DNA of 64,000 nt, from NCBI GenBank assembly GCA_003344405.1, contig NOWV01000103.1, forward strand, positions 124,001 through 188,000, written 5' to 3'. The notes below the pieces were generated by a model. That model was not told the DNA's origin, made no database searches, and saw only the letters and a program-made list of their open reading frames with translations. Origin of the DNA: Trichoplax sp. H2. Taxonomy: Eukaryota. The translations under genes and the position numbers were made by a program. Below are positions 1 to 12,361 of this stretch, one piece after another; within the stretch, counting starts at the first letter, position 1; each line of letters begins with the position of its first letter.

Positions 1-457
1 TTGCTCAAAAATGATGTCATTCCGACTGCTCACCAAGTGGTGTGTAGCCGGTCTTACAGTGTACAGTGTACAGTACGCTATACTGTAGCGCATCACCAAA
101 GAAAAATCCTGATTGTGCGCAATGATGCTGTCCAACCATCCTTCCCACGCAGACTCAGTACTGGCCTACCTCAACCGGCTCTACTGTCTTTGATTCAAAC
201 TAAGCAAACATGAACAAACTTGTTTATGTTTTACTCTTCTCTAGTATTGTACTGCACGTTTCTACTGTACCGATACACAGTACAGTACACACTATAGGTG
301 AAAATCAAACGTTGATCTGGACCGTAAATCAATCATGCCCTGGCCCACGAAATGTTTGCTAATAGCTTGTTGGCGCCAAAGTTAACTTTAAAAATAAAGT
401 TAAATTATTAATTAATTGCAGTTGTACCCTGGTAAAAAATCAACTACTTGCCTACTT

Positions 458-3400
458 ATGGCTCATCATGATGAAGAGATCAATCGAATTGCCGATGAAG
501 ATTATGGCCAAGAGAAAAATAGAGAAGTTTTCTTGCCCTATCGATGCCACTCCTTAGGTGATATTACTAACTACAAAAGTCATCCGGGAAATGTTGTCGA
601 AGCTGCGTCTTTAGCTGCTCAAATCCTGCCGCCTACTAACTATCCGCTAAAAGATGCCTTACCACCACATTTAATACTTGATTGTAAATTAAGTGATTTG
701 CAATTAGAAGGTATCTTACATGCATGCCAACGCCATCAGATGATCTTGCCGAAGGGTGCTAGAGCTGGATTCTATCTTGGAGATGCTGCTGGAGTAGGCA
801 AAGGAAGACAAATTGCTGGTATCATTATTAATAATTATGTCCGTGGCCGACGAAAACATTTATGGTTTAGCACATCTCACGATTTAAGGATAGATGCTGA
901 AAGAGATTTAAAAGATATAAATTGCTTTATTAAGGTCATTGATGGTTGTCAAGAGTTAGATCGTGAGACCAGAGTTGCAGGCATGTCTCCACAAGTCAAA
1001 GATGGCATTCTATTTAATACTTATGCTACGTTGATATCATCAGGTCAACGTGGTTTCAATCCAACCCATACACGAGGTAGTCGAATACAACAAATTCTGG
1101 ATTGGTGTGGCGATAATTTTAATGGTTGCTTAATCTTTGATGAGTGCCATAAAGCAAAACAATTTATACCCGGCAATGAAGCTGCCAGTACCAAAGCTGC
1201 AGTTGCTGCAATTGCCTTACAAAGGCAATTGCCTAAGGCTCGCGTTGTCTATTGCAGCGCTACCGGTGTCACTAATGTTAAGAATATGGCATTTATGGAA
1301 AGACTTGGACTATGGGGTGATAATACAGCCTTTAAAAATGTTGAAAATTTTATCCAAGCCATGACCACACGTGGTCTAGGCGCATCAGAAATGTTAGCCA
1401 TGGAAATGAAAGCTGCAGGAATGTATGTTTCAAGAGGTCTAAGCTTTGAATCTGCTGAATTTCACACTGTTGAAATTAATTTAACCGATGAACAAATTAG
1501 AGTGTATAATTTATCTGCTCGAGTCTGGCAACAATTAGCTGAAGCAATTAAAAAAGCAATCAGCCACACTAAAAGTTCCGCAAGTCGTATATGGACTGTT
1601 TATTGGAGTTGCCATCAACGATTTTTTAAACAACTTTGTATGTCTTTAAAAGTACCAGCCATTGTACGGGAAGCCAAAGCTGCTCTGGATGAAGGATATT
1701 GTGTTGTTATCGGTTTGCAAACCACTGGAGAAGCTAGCTTAGACAATGAAATTACTCGCCAAGGGAACAACACACATGGCTATATCTCCACTGCGAAGGA
1801 AATTTTAGTACGGTTTATTTTACAACATTTTCCAATCGAAGAGAAAACATCCAAAGGCACTAAAATTAATGCATGGTGTAAAAATGCTGCCGATGCCTTA
1901 CTACAATTCATCGATAATATTAATTTACCGAATTGCTCCTTAGATGAGTTAATTCAACAATTGGGTGGTACTAATTGTGTCGCTGAAATGACTGGACGCC
2001 GTGGCCGAATAGTTTGTATCAATGGTAGTTCAACGCCTGTCTATCAACTTCGTGATACTGATAGTAGTAGCGATCATGGCTTAGAAAGTCTCAATGTAAG
2101 GGAAAAGAATCTATTCATGCAAGGTAAAAAATTAATTGCTGTCTTATCAGATGCCGCTAGCACTGGTATATCATTACATAGCGATACACGTGTAGCTAAT
2201 AATCGACGTCGTATTCATATTACTATGGAGTTACCATGGAGTGCTGAAAAAGCTGTACAACAACTTGGTCGATCTCATCGTTCAAATCAATCTAGTGCGC
2301 CAATCTATAAATTAATGACTACAAATGTAGGTGGTGAGAAAAGATTTGTTGCTGCAGTTGCTCAAAGATTACTCTCATTAGGTGCATTAACAAGAGGTGA
2401 TCGTCGGGCAGCAACTGGCGCAGATTTCTCCGAATTTAATTTTAATACAAGTTATGGCCGTTCAGCTTTAAAATTGATGTATTCGTACATTCAAAGAGGT
2501 GTCCTTTGCCCAAATATCACTTTCTCAAGTATATTACAAGCAAGTACACTGGATGATAGTAGTTACACCATCTCTCAATTTTATATCGATATGAAACATT
2601 GTCTACTCGATATGGGACTAACTGCCTCCCTCGAAGCTCGTGTACCTGAAAAAGATGCAACAGATGTACAGCGATTTCTAAACCGTATCCTTGGTCTGAC
2701 TATCGAAAGACAAAATTTAATTTTTTCTTACTTTTGTCAATGTCTAACAACTAGTATTGAACGAGCTAAAAAAGAAGGGAAATACAACGAAGGTGTAACC
2801 GACATCAAAGGAACATCAATTGTTATGGTTGATTCACCAAAAGAGATTTTTACTGAAGTTAAACGAGGTAATGTTTCTACGAAGCAAGTTACGTTATGTG
2901 TTGATAGAGGAATCGATTGGCCAACAGTATTAAAATTATACCATGAACAAGCGACGGATCCATTAGATGGGTTTTATTGTTCTCGTAATCGTTATTTTAA
3001 CCGAAAATTTTATCTTTTTGCGCTGTATAAGGCTCATCTAGATGTTTTTAGCGTCGTTCGGCCTAATACCGGATTTTCGTCTTATATGGAAAATAGTAAG
3101 GATTTGTTACAAAAATATCACAAGTTAGATCTTAGTGATGCTGAAAATGGATGGAAAGAACAGTATAACTCTACAGAGCTGGCATGTATTCATGGTGGAT
3201 CATGCAAGTTCGGTTCATACTGTACTGTTGGGATTCGAATTAATCGTGTACATATTATCTGTGGTGGTATTATACCAATGTTGTCATTACTGGAGTCGAT
3301 GTTAACTAACTGCGCCAGAAAGTATAACTTAAGCAAGGAACAACAAACACTGAGAATAGTACGAGTTCAGCTCGATGACGGTAGAAAGATTGTTGGACTT

Positions 3401-4108
3401 CGTTATCCGGAACCAATTATTAGCGAAGTGACGACAGTCTTAAAATGGGCTGTACAACAGCGGTTGTTAAAAAATCAGGGTTTGCTTGACTCTGCGACAC
3501 GTTTACCAACTGTTTTGCAAGAAGGTAGTTGTTATGCACTTGCTGATGCTGTCTTGTTAACAGTGGTTGGTGGTGCTAAACTAATTACTGAAGATGACGA
3601 TCATGTTAACGAACGTCTGCTTAAACGAGCTTTTACTAAACCATTATCTATTCGAAATTATTTTACTACTCAACAAAATAACCTTCATGGACAAGAGAAT
3701 AAGCAAGGTGAAGAATTAAACGATAATCAAAATAATAGCAGCAATAATGACGATATAGTCATCATCTCTGATGTTACGAACGTATCGCCTACTCATCGTA
3801 GCATGAATGGCAGCAGTATACCGGTACGTAATGGAAAGCAAAAAGCGGGAAATAAGAGACATAATAAAGATATACATACTGACTCAAATAATACTAAAAG
3901 ACATAGACAGCTGAAAGTTTTTGATGCCTTTCAACAAAATGGACAAAATAAGACTGCCAATAGTGATGAAGATTCTGCAGACGAATCCGACGATAGTTTA
4001 TTGATCTACTGCCCTGTATGTAATCACTGTTTTCCATCAAATACAAGCAATCAAATTATAAATCAACATTTAGATCAATGTTTAGCAGGAAATGCCGATG
4101 ACAGTTAA
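458..4108 (+). CDS. SBNO: Strawberry notch (SBNO)-family SF2 helicase-like protein, single coding exon (~1216 aa from the first ATG at 458), with a C-terminal UBZ-type zinc finger
   Basis: Open ORF with SBNO hallmarks: HPGNVVEAASLA, LSDLQLEGILHAC, Walker A GDAAGVGKGRQIAG, DECHKAK, YCSATG, VAEMTGRRGR, AASTGISLHSD, motif VI QQLGRSHRSNQ, GALTRGDRRA, FLNRILGL. The ORF-track start (TTG at 416) looks like a splice acceptor (ttgcag, 416-421). Confidence 0.93.
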   Translation: MAHHDEEINRIADEDYGQEKNREVFLPYRCHSLGDITNYKSHPGNVVEAASLAAQILPPTNYPLKDALPPHLILDCKLSDLQLEGILHACQRHQMILPKGARAGFYLGDAAGVGKGRQIAGIIINNYVRGRRKHLWFSTSHDLRIDAERDLKDINCFIKVIDGCQELDRETRVAGMSPQVKDGILFNTYATLISSGQRGFNPTHTRGSRIQQILDWCGDNFNGCLIFDECHKAKQFIPGNEAASTKAAVAAIALQRQLPKARVVYCSATGVTNVKNMAFMERLGLWGDNTAFKNVENFIQAMTTRGLGASEMLAMEMKAAGMYVSRGLSFESAEFHTVEINLTDEQIRVYNLSARVWQQLAEAIKKAISHTKSSASRIWTVYWSCHQRFFKQLCMSLKVPAIVREAKAALDEGYCVVIGLQTTGEASLDNEITRQGNNTHGYISTAKEILVRFILQHFPIEEKTSKGTKINAWCKNAADALLQFIDNINLPNCSLDELIQQLGGTNCVAEMTGRRGRIVCINGSSTPVYQLRDTDSSSDHGLESLNVREKNLFMQGKKLIAVLSDAASTGISLHSDTRVANNRRRIHITMELPWSAEKAVQQLGRSHRSNQSSAPIYKLMTTNVGGEKRFVAAVAQRLLSLGALTRGDRRAATGADFSEFNFNTSYGRSALKLMYSYIQRGVLCPNITFSSILQASTLDDSSYTISQFYIDMKHCLLDMGLTASLEARVPEKDATDVQRFLNRILGLTIERQNLIFSYFCQCLTTSIERAKKEGKYNEGVTDIKGTSIVMVDSPKEIFTEVKRGNVSTKQVTLCVDRGIDWPTVLKLYHEQATDPLDGFYCSRNRYFNRKFYLFALYKAHLDVFSVVRPNTGFSSYMENSKDLLQKYHKLDLSDAENGWKEQYNSTELACIHGGSCKFGSYCTVGIRINRVHIICGGIIPMLSLLESMLTNCARKYNLSKEQQTLRIVRVQLDDGRKIVGLRYPEPIISEVTTVLKWAVQQRLLKNQGLLDSATRLPTVLQEGSCYALADAVLLTVVGGAKLITEDDDHVNERLLKRAFTKPLSIRNYFTTQQNNLHGQENKQGEELNDNQNNSSNNDDIVIISDVTNVSPTHRSMNGSSIPVRNGKQKAGNKRHNKDIHTDSNNTKRHRQLKVFDAFQQNGQNKTANSDEDSADESDDSLLIYCPVCNHCFPSNTSNQIINQHLDQCLAGNADDS

Positions 4109-7100
4109 TTCTGCGTCTGTAATGAGTAAAGAAAAATTTGCCAACAACGTATTTTTCATAAACCATAATATTTGTAAAATATGGACTTCTAGATAGGATA
4201 ACCTAAAAATATGCTCGTATAGCAAATGATATTGAAACCTTGAGAAATCATATTGATAAAGATTGAAATCTTGTTCTAAAATCCTTGCACTGATATGATG
4301 TATGTACTTGAAGGTAAAGGTAGTCTATGTTAATACCGTAGTAGCGAAATTACTCCCTAATTATAGGACGAAAGCAATTTGTTATCATGTTGTATAAATG
4401 ATACCGTATGCGCACACGTATATACACAAGTCAGGATATAAATTCTTTCAATGCAGTAATGGAACTAAACTTTCACCTGAAAAAGCGTTTAATAGAATTC
4501 TGTAGGTGATAGTTTTACCTAATACTTTTTGGGAAAAAAAGGGCGTAAAACTCCAGGCATGGCTGTCCTTCATTTTTATTATCCTCCTTCATGAATATCA
4601 ACTTATTTAATAGATGCATCTAAAATATTATAGTATATGTGTATGTATTATGATCAATGTCTGCACTCTGACAATAAAATATTTTCCAGTTTCCATCACG
4701 AAATTAGTAATCGTCAAAGTTATATTTAATAGAAAATTAACTCGTAATTTATTTGAAATTTAAAAATTAGATATTGCGCTAGAATCCTTATTAACTTCCT
4801 TATAACCGCCAAAAATTTTAAGAAGTGCTCACATTCTGTTACATGATAATGGAACTATAAAGAAGAAAAGCGGCAGAATCCTACGACTTAACTTTTATGA
4901 GTCATCTCAGGAGAGAATGCTGAGCACCTTGCAGCGTGGAACAATTTCCTATTGATTTAGGAAGTCTACTATTATTATTTGAGCATCTCTGCATATCCCA
5001 TGGAATAGTACGCACACATATACTGTAGTAGTCAGTAAAGTTGTGAGAACATCCTGAATACGTATGGCAATATAGAATTCAGTATGCTTTATCAACTTGG
5101 TCTGTTCGTCAGTGATTGATGACAACTGGGAGGTAATATAAAATTGTTAGTACTGTAGCAAGTTTATAAATTAACTGCAAACTAAGGTGAATTCTTTCAT
5201 CCTAAAATAACCATGCATAACGTGCTTCCATTTTAGAAGCTGTATTTATAACTTATATCGAATACAGTAAAATGAATGCATTACGTGAATCCTACTGTAC
5301 GCCGTTAACAGAAAGCAACTACGTACTGCATAAATCCTTTCTTTCAAAACAACATATATATGCTGATACATTTTCTCCTTTGCCTTTATAATAGCTCTAG
5401 GAGCAACTTATATTCATTAATCTTTCAACATTGAATAATAAGTTACAAAGGTTCGAGATCAAAAGATAGTTAAAGCAGTAGTGATAGTTATATTAAAGTT
5501 GGATTGTATCAAGTCGGCACAGTACTTGGGAGTATAATAATTATCATACTATACAACAAAACGTTAATTCCTTTACTTTCAGTCTTCATTTTAACCAAAA
5601 GAAAATACGGGTAGGAGATTATTCGCTGCTTATACTGTACTATAGTATTGTCGGAGATAACCGGTCGTATCTAGTAGTCTACTATATATTAGTACATAAC
5701 GTTGATTTTACTTTTGATCTCAATCTTAATCAAAATCCAATCATTGAAGTGCGGTATATAAAATTAACAATCAATTGATTGATCCAATATCAAATTATTC
5801 TCATCCATAAAATAAAAATATAGAAAATTTGGTTAATTTCTTATTCGCTTCGCTGAGGGTAGGGAATAAATTAGGATTGAAACACGTAATATATTGTAAT
5901 TGCTTGCGATATCTCATTAGTCAACAAGCATAGAATAGGATAAGTGAAAGATAATTATGTCTTAATACTCATATGAGTATACGGTACCGGTAGTTACCCT
6001 ATCAAGTCGTAAATGCTATAAATTAGAATAGCCATCAAAGTATAACTTCTTAGAATACAGAGTATCCTAAACAGCGCACTTGGCTATTATCTCTATGTTG
6101 TACAAACGGTTAATAATACTGCCGCTAAATCTTTGCGAAAACATTTATTGAAATATAAATGATTGAAAGCTCCTTAAATTCTTTATAGCCCAAAATCGAA
6201 TGTATTTGCACTAAATATGGAGATACTTGTCCCTAAACAGTAGGAATAGACAAAGCAAATGATGTATAAAACAAATATATAAAGCTTATTTTTGAAATTA
6301 TTATTTATTGCAGACTTATAAGAAAGCCGTGAATAGGTGAAATTCAATATCATAATTGCATAAATTTTCTGAACTGTCTATCATAATGATTTAATTTGTT
6401 TACTAGTTGAATATTATCATCTTTGCAACGGTGCACCTATGGTTGATTTATTCTTTAACTCTCAGCTGGGTTTAATGACCTTAGCTTTAATTGGTCTAAT
6501 TTGACTCATATAAAGTAATCTCATCAGTTCAATTTCGTAGGTTCGTGATGATCACTTTTGTACCCATATCGCGTATAAGCTTATTTTACTATATACCTGT
6601 TGCAAATTAATTTAGCTTTATTTTTGTTCAAACAGCACATATGAATAATTTTTTACTCTATAGTTATGCCATTGATAAATTACATATAGCTACGATCTTG
6701 CCTTCAGTATACTATAAGTTATCCATTATGGTAGAGAAGTAGTTTCTTTATAATCAACAGTTTTAAACTAAAGCAAACAATAGTTCCTTTTATGTCTATG
6801 CAAAAATCTTAATTTAAAATTTATTATAAGCTATTCTAATCAAGAATCAATAAGTACTATAATGGATTTATGAATAATCTATTCTTTGTATGCAAATGAC
6901 AACTGAAAACAATTGCTACAATTGCTACTTATTGACTAATTTTATTAGAGGTGATTGATGATCTCGTCCTGTTTTCTCTTCTTTTCATTCTTTTACGCAA
7001 TTATATTTTTTGTCCCATCACCATCGTCATCCATGACGTTTATCCTTATAAAGCATATCTGTCTTAACTGTGCCCACATAGTAACATTTTAACACTTTTG

Positions 7101-9361
7101 TGGTCCATAGACTCCACCGTAAACTTGGCTAGTCGATTTTTATAACTAGAGGAAATTAGCGGTCAAGAATGCTGGATTTATTCAATTCTATTTGAAGTAA
7201 CATAGTTGTTCCACCTGTTATTTCTAATTTTTGAATTTGGTGCAATATAATGGTAAATACACTAAACTAAAAACTATCAATATCCTACAATATGTAGCTA
7301 GTGTAGTGTTTTGTACTGATTTAATAAAACGGCAGTCGACTGCTGTTATAGTAATTTTAGTCATTAGGTTATCACAATTTATATCATAATGTGATAAAAA
7401 TAAGTAGTAATTTCTGTCGCATTTTATACGATTTAAATACGAATTATATCTCGTAATAGATACGCGATGTATAGTAGTCACTCCAACTTGAAGTTGTTCT
7501 AGGTTATATCTAAATCTTGCTGGCTTTCTTTTTGAACATTAGAGATTTAGGTTAGATAGTGCATAAGAAATTTTTCGCTCGGAAAAAAGTTATCTTTATT
7601 TTACTCAAGCTTTCCAGCAAGTGGTAAGAAAGAACGTACCAAAAGAATAATGCTTTAACTTCTATTACGTGATTTCTATTATGTCGCAACGATGATAAAT
7701 GTGGATAAAAAAACTGACAAATTAATGAAGAAATAAGATTTGACTACTTTGAATGTGCAAGAGTCTACCCATGATTAAAACGATGCTGGATAGCGATCAA
7801 TTGAATTTTTATTTTATGCAATAACAATTATATAAAAGTCAGACAATATTCAGAGCTGTTTATGCTTGATTTAAATCACCATTTGCCATCTTGGCTTGTT
7901 CATTTATATCCAGTATTTAAAAAAAATCTCAACATAGTGAAATCATTACGTAGTTTACGATAAGGAAGAAGTTATCACTAGCTATGTAGCAATTTAATTT
8001 TACCATTACTTCAGCATTTCCTAATATCTGTGTATTATCATCCAATAACTTATTAGTTATTATGATAGGAAATGGGTTTAGGACGTCTTTCCTTCCCACT
8101 GACTATCAAAATAGTATCGTCTTGTACTTCAATTCTAACTGTTTGATTGGACGATGTACTACAATATAGAATACGGGCTCATGCACCAGTCCTTATATAG
8201 TAGATAACCGAAGCTATTGACTGTCGCCATTGAACCGTTACCATGACAAAGTAATGACAAGAATAGACAGGGATTACAAAATGGATGAGATAGAAATGTA
8301 GTATAGTCGTGGAAATCCTTCGAAAGAAATCAATCATTAAGCTATAAATGAGTGATTACCGGTATAGCTGAAACCTTATCTAAAGTTCGATATAGTTAAG
8401 ATGATTTGGATTATTCACATCATGAATTTAAAAAGATTTTTCGTCGATAATAATTAATGATGACATCACACTCTGTGTATAGATCTGCAGTGCTTTACAG
8501 CTTATTATCCTATGTTGTCAATCGGTTAAATCATAGCTGCCACCCAGAATTAATATTTTTTGTCTCCGTAATGATAGTTAAGCTATTACTTGATCCGTAA
8601 TGAAATACATGACGATAGTTCTGTTATAGTAGGTTTTAAACGCTTTGATCGTTTACAAAGTTGACTAATATGTAAATTTTCAAGATGAACTTGCATTATA
8701 AGGACCTTCATGAAGGTGTAAGAGTCAATCGATATGAATTAAAGGCTACTAGGATAACTGTTAACAATTATGTACTTTAATATCGTTAGTTCCTATACGA
8801 TATCCATTTGTATCTTGATTTTATTATAGTTTAAATAACGACTTTATGATAAATTAGAACTGGAAGAGGCCAATTTTACTGTTATTCTTATAGATAGTCG
8901 TAATTATCGACGACAAAAAGTTAGCCTTAATTCTGCTGTTGGAAATCAGTTTGCTATTATCATTTTTAAAATGTTGTCAGTAACGACCTTACTTTGATTA
9001 CCTCTAATGTCATCATCGGCTTGTATTCCAGCTTTTAAATTAAACACTCTTCTCGCTTAATATTCTTGCTATTGTTCATAATATCATATTTACCAAAAAT
9101 TCGACTATCAAAAACTAATTAATCAAATTAACTCTTTTTTCTTTGTATCTTCAGAATTAACCACTTAATACTAAGATTAATGAAATTAAAAATTTCCAAC
9201 GCTGGATTTGGTATAATATTGATAATCAGCAGCGTAACATCAAAGAAAGAAATTACTTAAGTCGACAACGGACTGTGATTTGGAAGAAGTTACATTCTAA
9301 CTACTGTGAAATAATTCCTCTATAAAACAGTTATTATACATCTACTACCATTAAACCAAAT

Positions 9362-12361
9362 ATGGCTGCTACAATGAATAGTGAATTAATTCTTGAAGCG
9401 AAAAGATTGAGTCCAAGACCTCCATCGAATCGCAACCAATCAAGAATGCCCACTAGAGGAAAACGGAATCAAAAGCAGACGCCCAATAAGGCATCAAATT
9501 TCATGAATGAAAGGTACGTTCAAAATCAATCTCCAGATCATGTTGCAAAGTAAATAAAACATAAATTCTTTTCATAACTGTCTTATTGCGCAACAACTTT
9601 AGTTTAGAACTATTTATTATCATAGCAACTACATTTACTACTAATAATAGATCTAGAAACTAGAGGTACAGAAAAGGAATCAATACAACTTAATTACAGC
9701 CGGAATATAATTGATGAAGCTAGTTAACATTGTAGTACTATATGGTCATGCGTTATTGTCTAGGGCCTTTATTTCCTTAAGCAAGTTTCCATTTTGGTTA
9801 ATTATTAAATTATTACACTTATATTTTAGAGCTCTTAATGAAGTTGCAATGTGTCAGCTGTATCAACAAAATCAGACAGATTCTATCTCTCATGAATCAA
9901 AATTATCATGTCAAGAAGATTCAGATCGTATCCAGACTCCGTTCACTAATGGCAATTACCCCACAAATACCACCATTACAAGCACTAAAGTATTTGCTGA
10001 AAATCCTATAGAGTCAAATCAATCAGTTGATGCTAATAATAACAATGAAAAGGATACTAATCCTATTTCAATATTGAGTACAAATTCTGTAGAATCTAAA
10101 GAACCTTTAACCGCAACTACCCATGAAATACTGAGGAATAATGTTTATGATAAGAAGCCAAGTACAAGTCCTGCAATATATAATCAGGAAGTCATGATTT
10201 CGTTTAGTGATGATCACGATAATAATATGAATAGTATTTATTTAAATAAACCAAACACTAGCCCTGTCAATTCTCGTCTAGCGCAAAAGCAAGAAGTAAT
10301 GAACGATAGCGTAAGTTCAGTTACGGAGCAAAGCTCAAACGTTTTTTATTTAGCCTCTAATTATAAGATGATCTTTACGTTGAAAAATACTGATGCAGAT
10401 TAGGTTCAATATAATGTCCTATAGACTTTATACGATAACTCCATCTCTTGCTATATTATCACTAGATAACGTACTGATACTTTAATGGAATAAATAGAAA
10501 TTTGCTTTAAAACATTAAAACAGTACCGTAATACAAATAATAATATGACGAGTATTTGTAGGGTTTGCTGTTATTGAGATATATGTCGATTTCATTCGTT
10601 TAATAATTCTAGATAGAGATCGATTACAAGATAGTTGTGTTTAATTGTCTCACTCATTAATTTTTTGTTCTTTGCTGTTAGTTCATTTTACCGAAAAACT
10701 CATTTGGTAATCACCTCTTCTATTTACCGGCACTATGTAAGTCCGTTGATCTTCAGCCGAATTACAATCGGTCTCGACAGTCGCAGAAAACTCGAGAGGG
10801 TCGGATACCATCACAAAATCAAGCAAATACTACAAAAGATCTTTCCGACCATTACAATTATGAATTACATCAGCAAAGATGGGTTTTAACCGGGAATATA
10901 GATCGCTATTCATTAGGAACATTAAAATTCGGCGATAAATCCAAGGAAAAAGCGAAATCGTCGCCTAAATATCCCGTTCACGGTACTCCAACTCGGAAAC
11001 ATCAACAATCTATGACTAGCAATTATTATAATAACCTTTACCAATATTATGCTGCGAATCAATCGCAATCTGCCATTAACCAGTATCTATCTCGGCAATA
11101 TCATCGTAATAATGCTTATCGCTCAAATAGAAAGGTACAGCATCATAAGCGAAAAAAGGACAAAAATTATGATAATGATACAGTTAATCCGTGGATCTAT
11201 GATAGCCCTACTGCTACTCCAACAACACTGGATGATAGAAGTATCAGCCGACGAAGCCAAATTCCAGATGATGACAGCGATTACGTTAAGAAAACTTCTC
11301 AGATGAGAGTACGGTCCAATACCAATAACAGCAATATAACGCTGTCTATTAATCCTAGTAGGAGCCATTCTAATGACGAGGTATTTACACATCCTATACC
11401 AAATGTTAATTATGATGGTGACATTAGTCATGATAGTTTTCATCGTGCAGTAACAACAACGCCTGTTGATGAGGATAATGATCAGCCAAGTAAACAAGAA
11501 GAAGAGGTACCAATATTGGCAAGCCCTATACCACCTTCTATAACAGATATAAATAGTAACAGTGTAGCTATCGATAGCCAGAATAATATTCTACTACCTG
11601 ATAAACCTGGATCACCCCTACCTGTTATTCAAGGGAAAAGCAGTAACAATTTACATCATCCTCAATTGCTGACTGATTTATCGCAATCTTTAACTACATC
11701 AGCTAGTAGTGATAAGATAACATCATTATCGCTGGGGAAAATAAAGCTAAGTGATCAAGGTAAATCGAAGAGTACATCATCTATCCGTTATAATCAGACC
11801 TTACCAAAGTCGACAATACGTAAAGGAATTAATGGAATGACTGAGAAACAGAAGTATCAAGATACCCAATCTGAGAATAAGGAAGAAATATTATCATCAA
11901 CGCTAATACACAGTAACGAGTTTAGGAATGGATCCCCCAAACGAGAGCCATTACCTGATGATTTAATTATACTAAACTTGACTAAGAAAATGCAGGATAT
12001 AGAATCTAAAAATGAAAAATCGCTATCATCGTCTCGAAGTCAGCAACTTTTGTGGAATACGTCTCGAATTAATTCCTATTCTAGGCAGATTGAAGCAATG
12101 TCAAATTCAGAAGCTTATTGTAGTCCGCGGCTTGTAGGCCGAGAAATTGATCAGGTATTAGGAGAATGTTTAACATCACAACAAGTGTTAGCATCAAGCA
12201 GCGATTTCGGTAATGTTGCAACAGTTCCATTTGCATCGAGACCTACAACAAAAGTGGTTACACGTAATCATGATTCATTAAATCATTCTCATCCTAATGA
12301 TACTGTGATCCATGAGACTAGTTTAGTTTCCGTTAAAGGAAATAAGCTAACATATTTGTAG
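9362..12361 (+). CDS. Uncharacterised S/N/T-rich, probably disordered protein (~770 aa); exons 9362-9513, 9830-10310, 10682-12361
   Basis: Three ORF pieces join in frame through canonical sites (AG|gtacgt...tttag|A, phase 2; AGC|gtaagt...gttag|TTC, phase 0). The 10682-12361 frame is open through the 11012 ORF. No recognisable domain. Confidence 0.7.

Noticed and set aside
1-213. 70-aa ORF at the start of the window
   Set aside because: Non-ATG start, contains TACAG repeats, and lies in the probable SBNO promoter region.
4109-9361. Short ORFs and possible exons in the long intergenic stretch
   Set aside because: No consistent spliced frame or recognisable motif was found, and no tRNA or rRNA-like structure was seen here or elsewhere in the window by eye.
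9651-9665. Possible 15-nt micro-exon (ag|ATCTAGAAACTAGAG|gt) in the orphan gene
   Set aside because: It introduces an in-frame TAG in the required phase.
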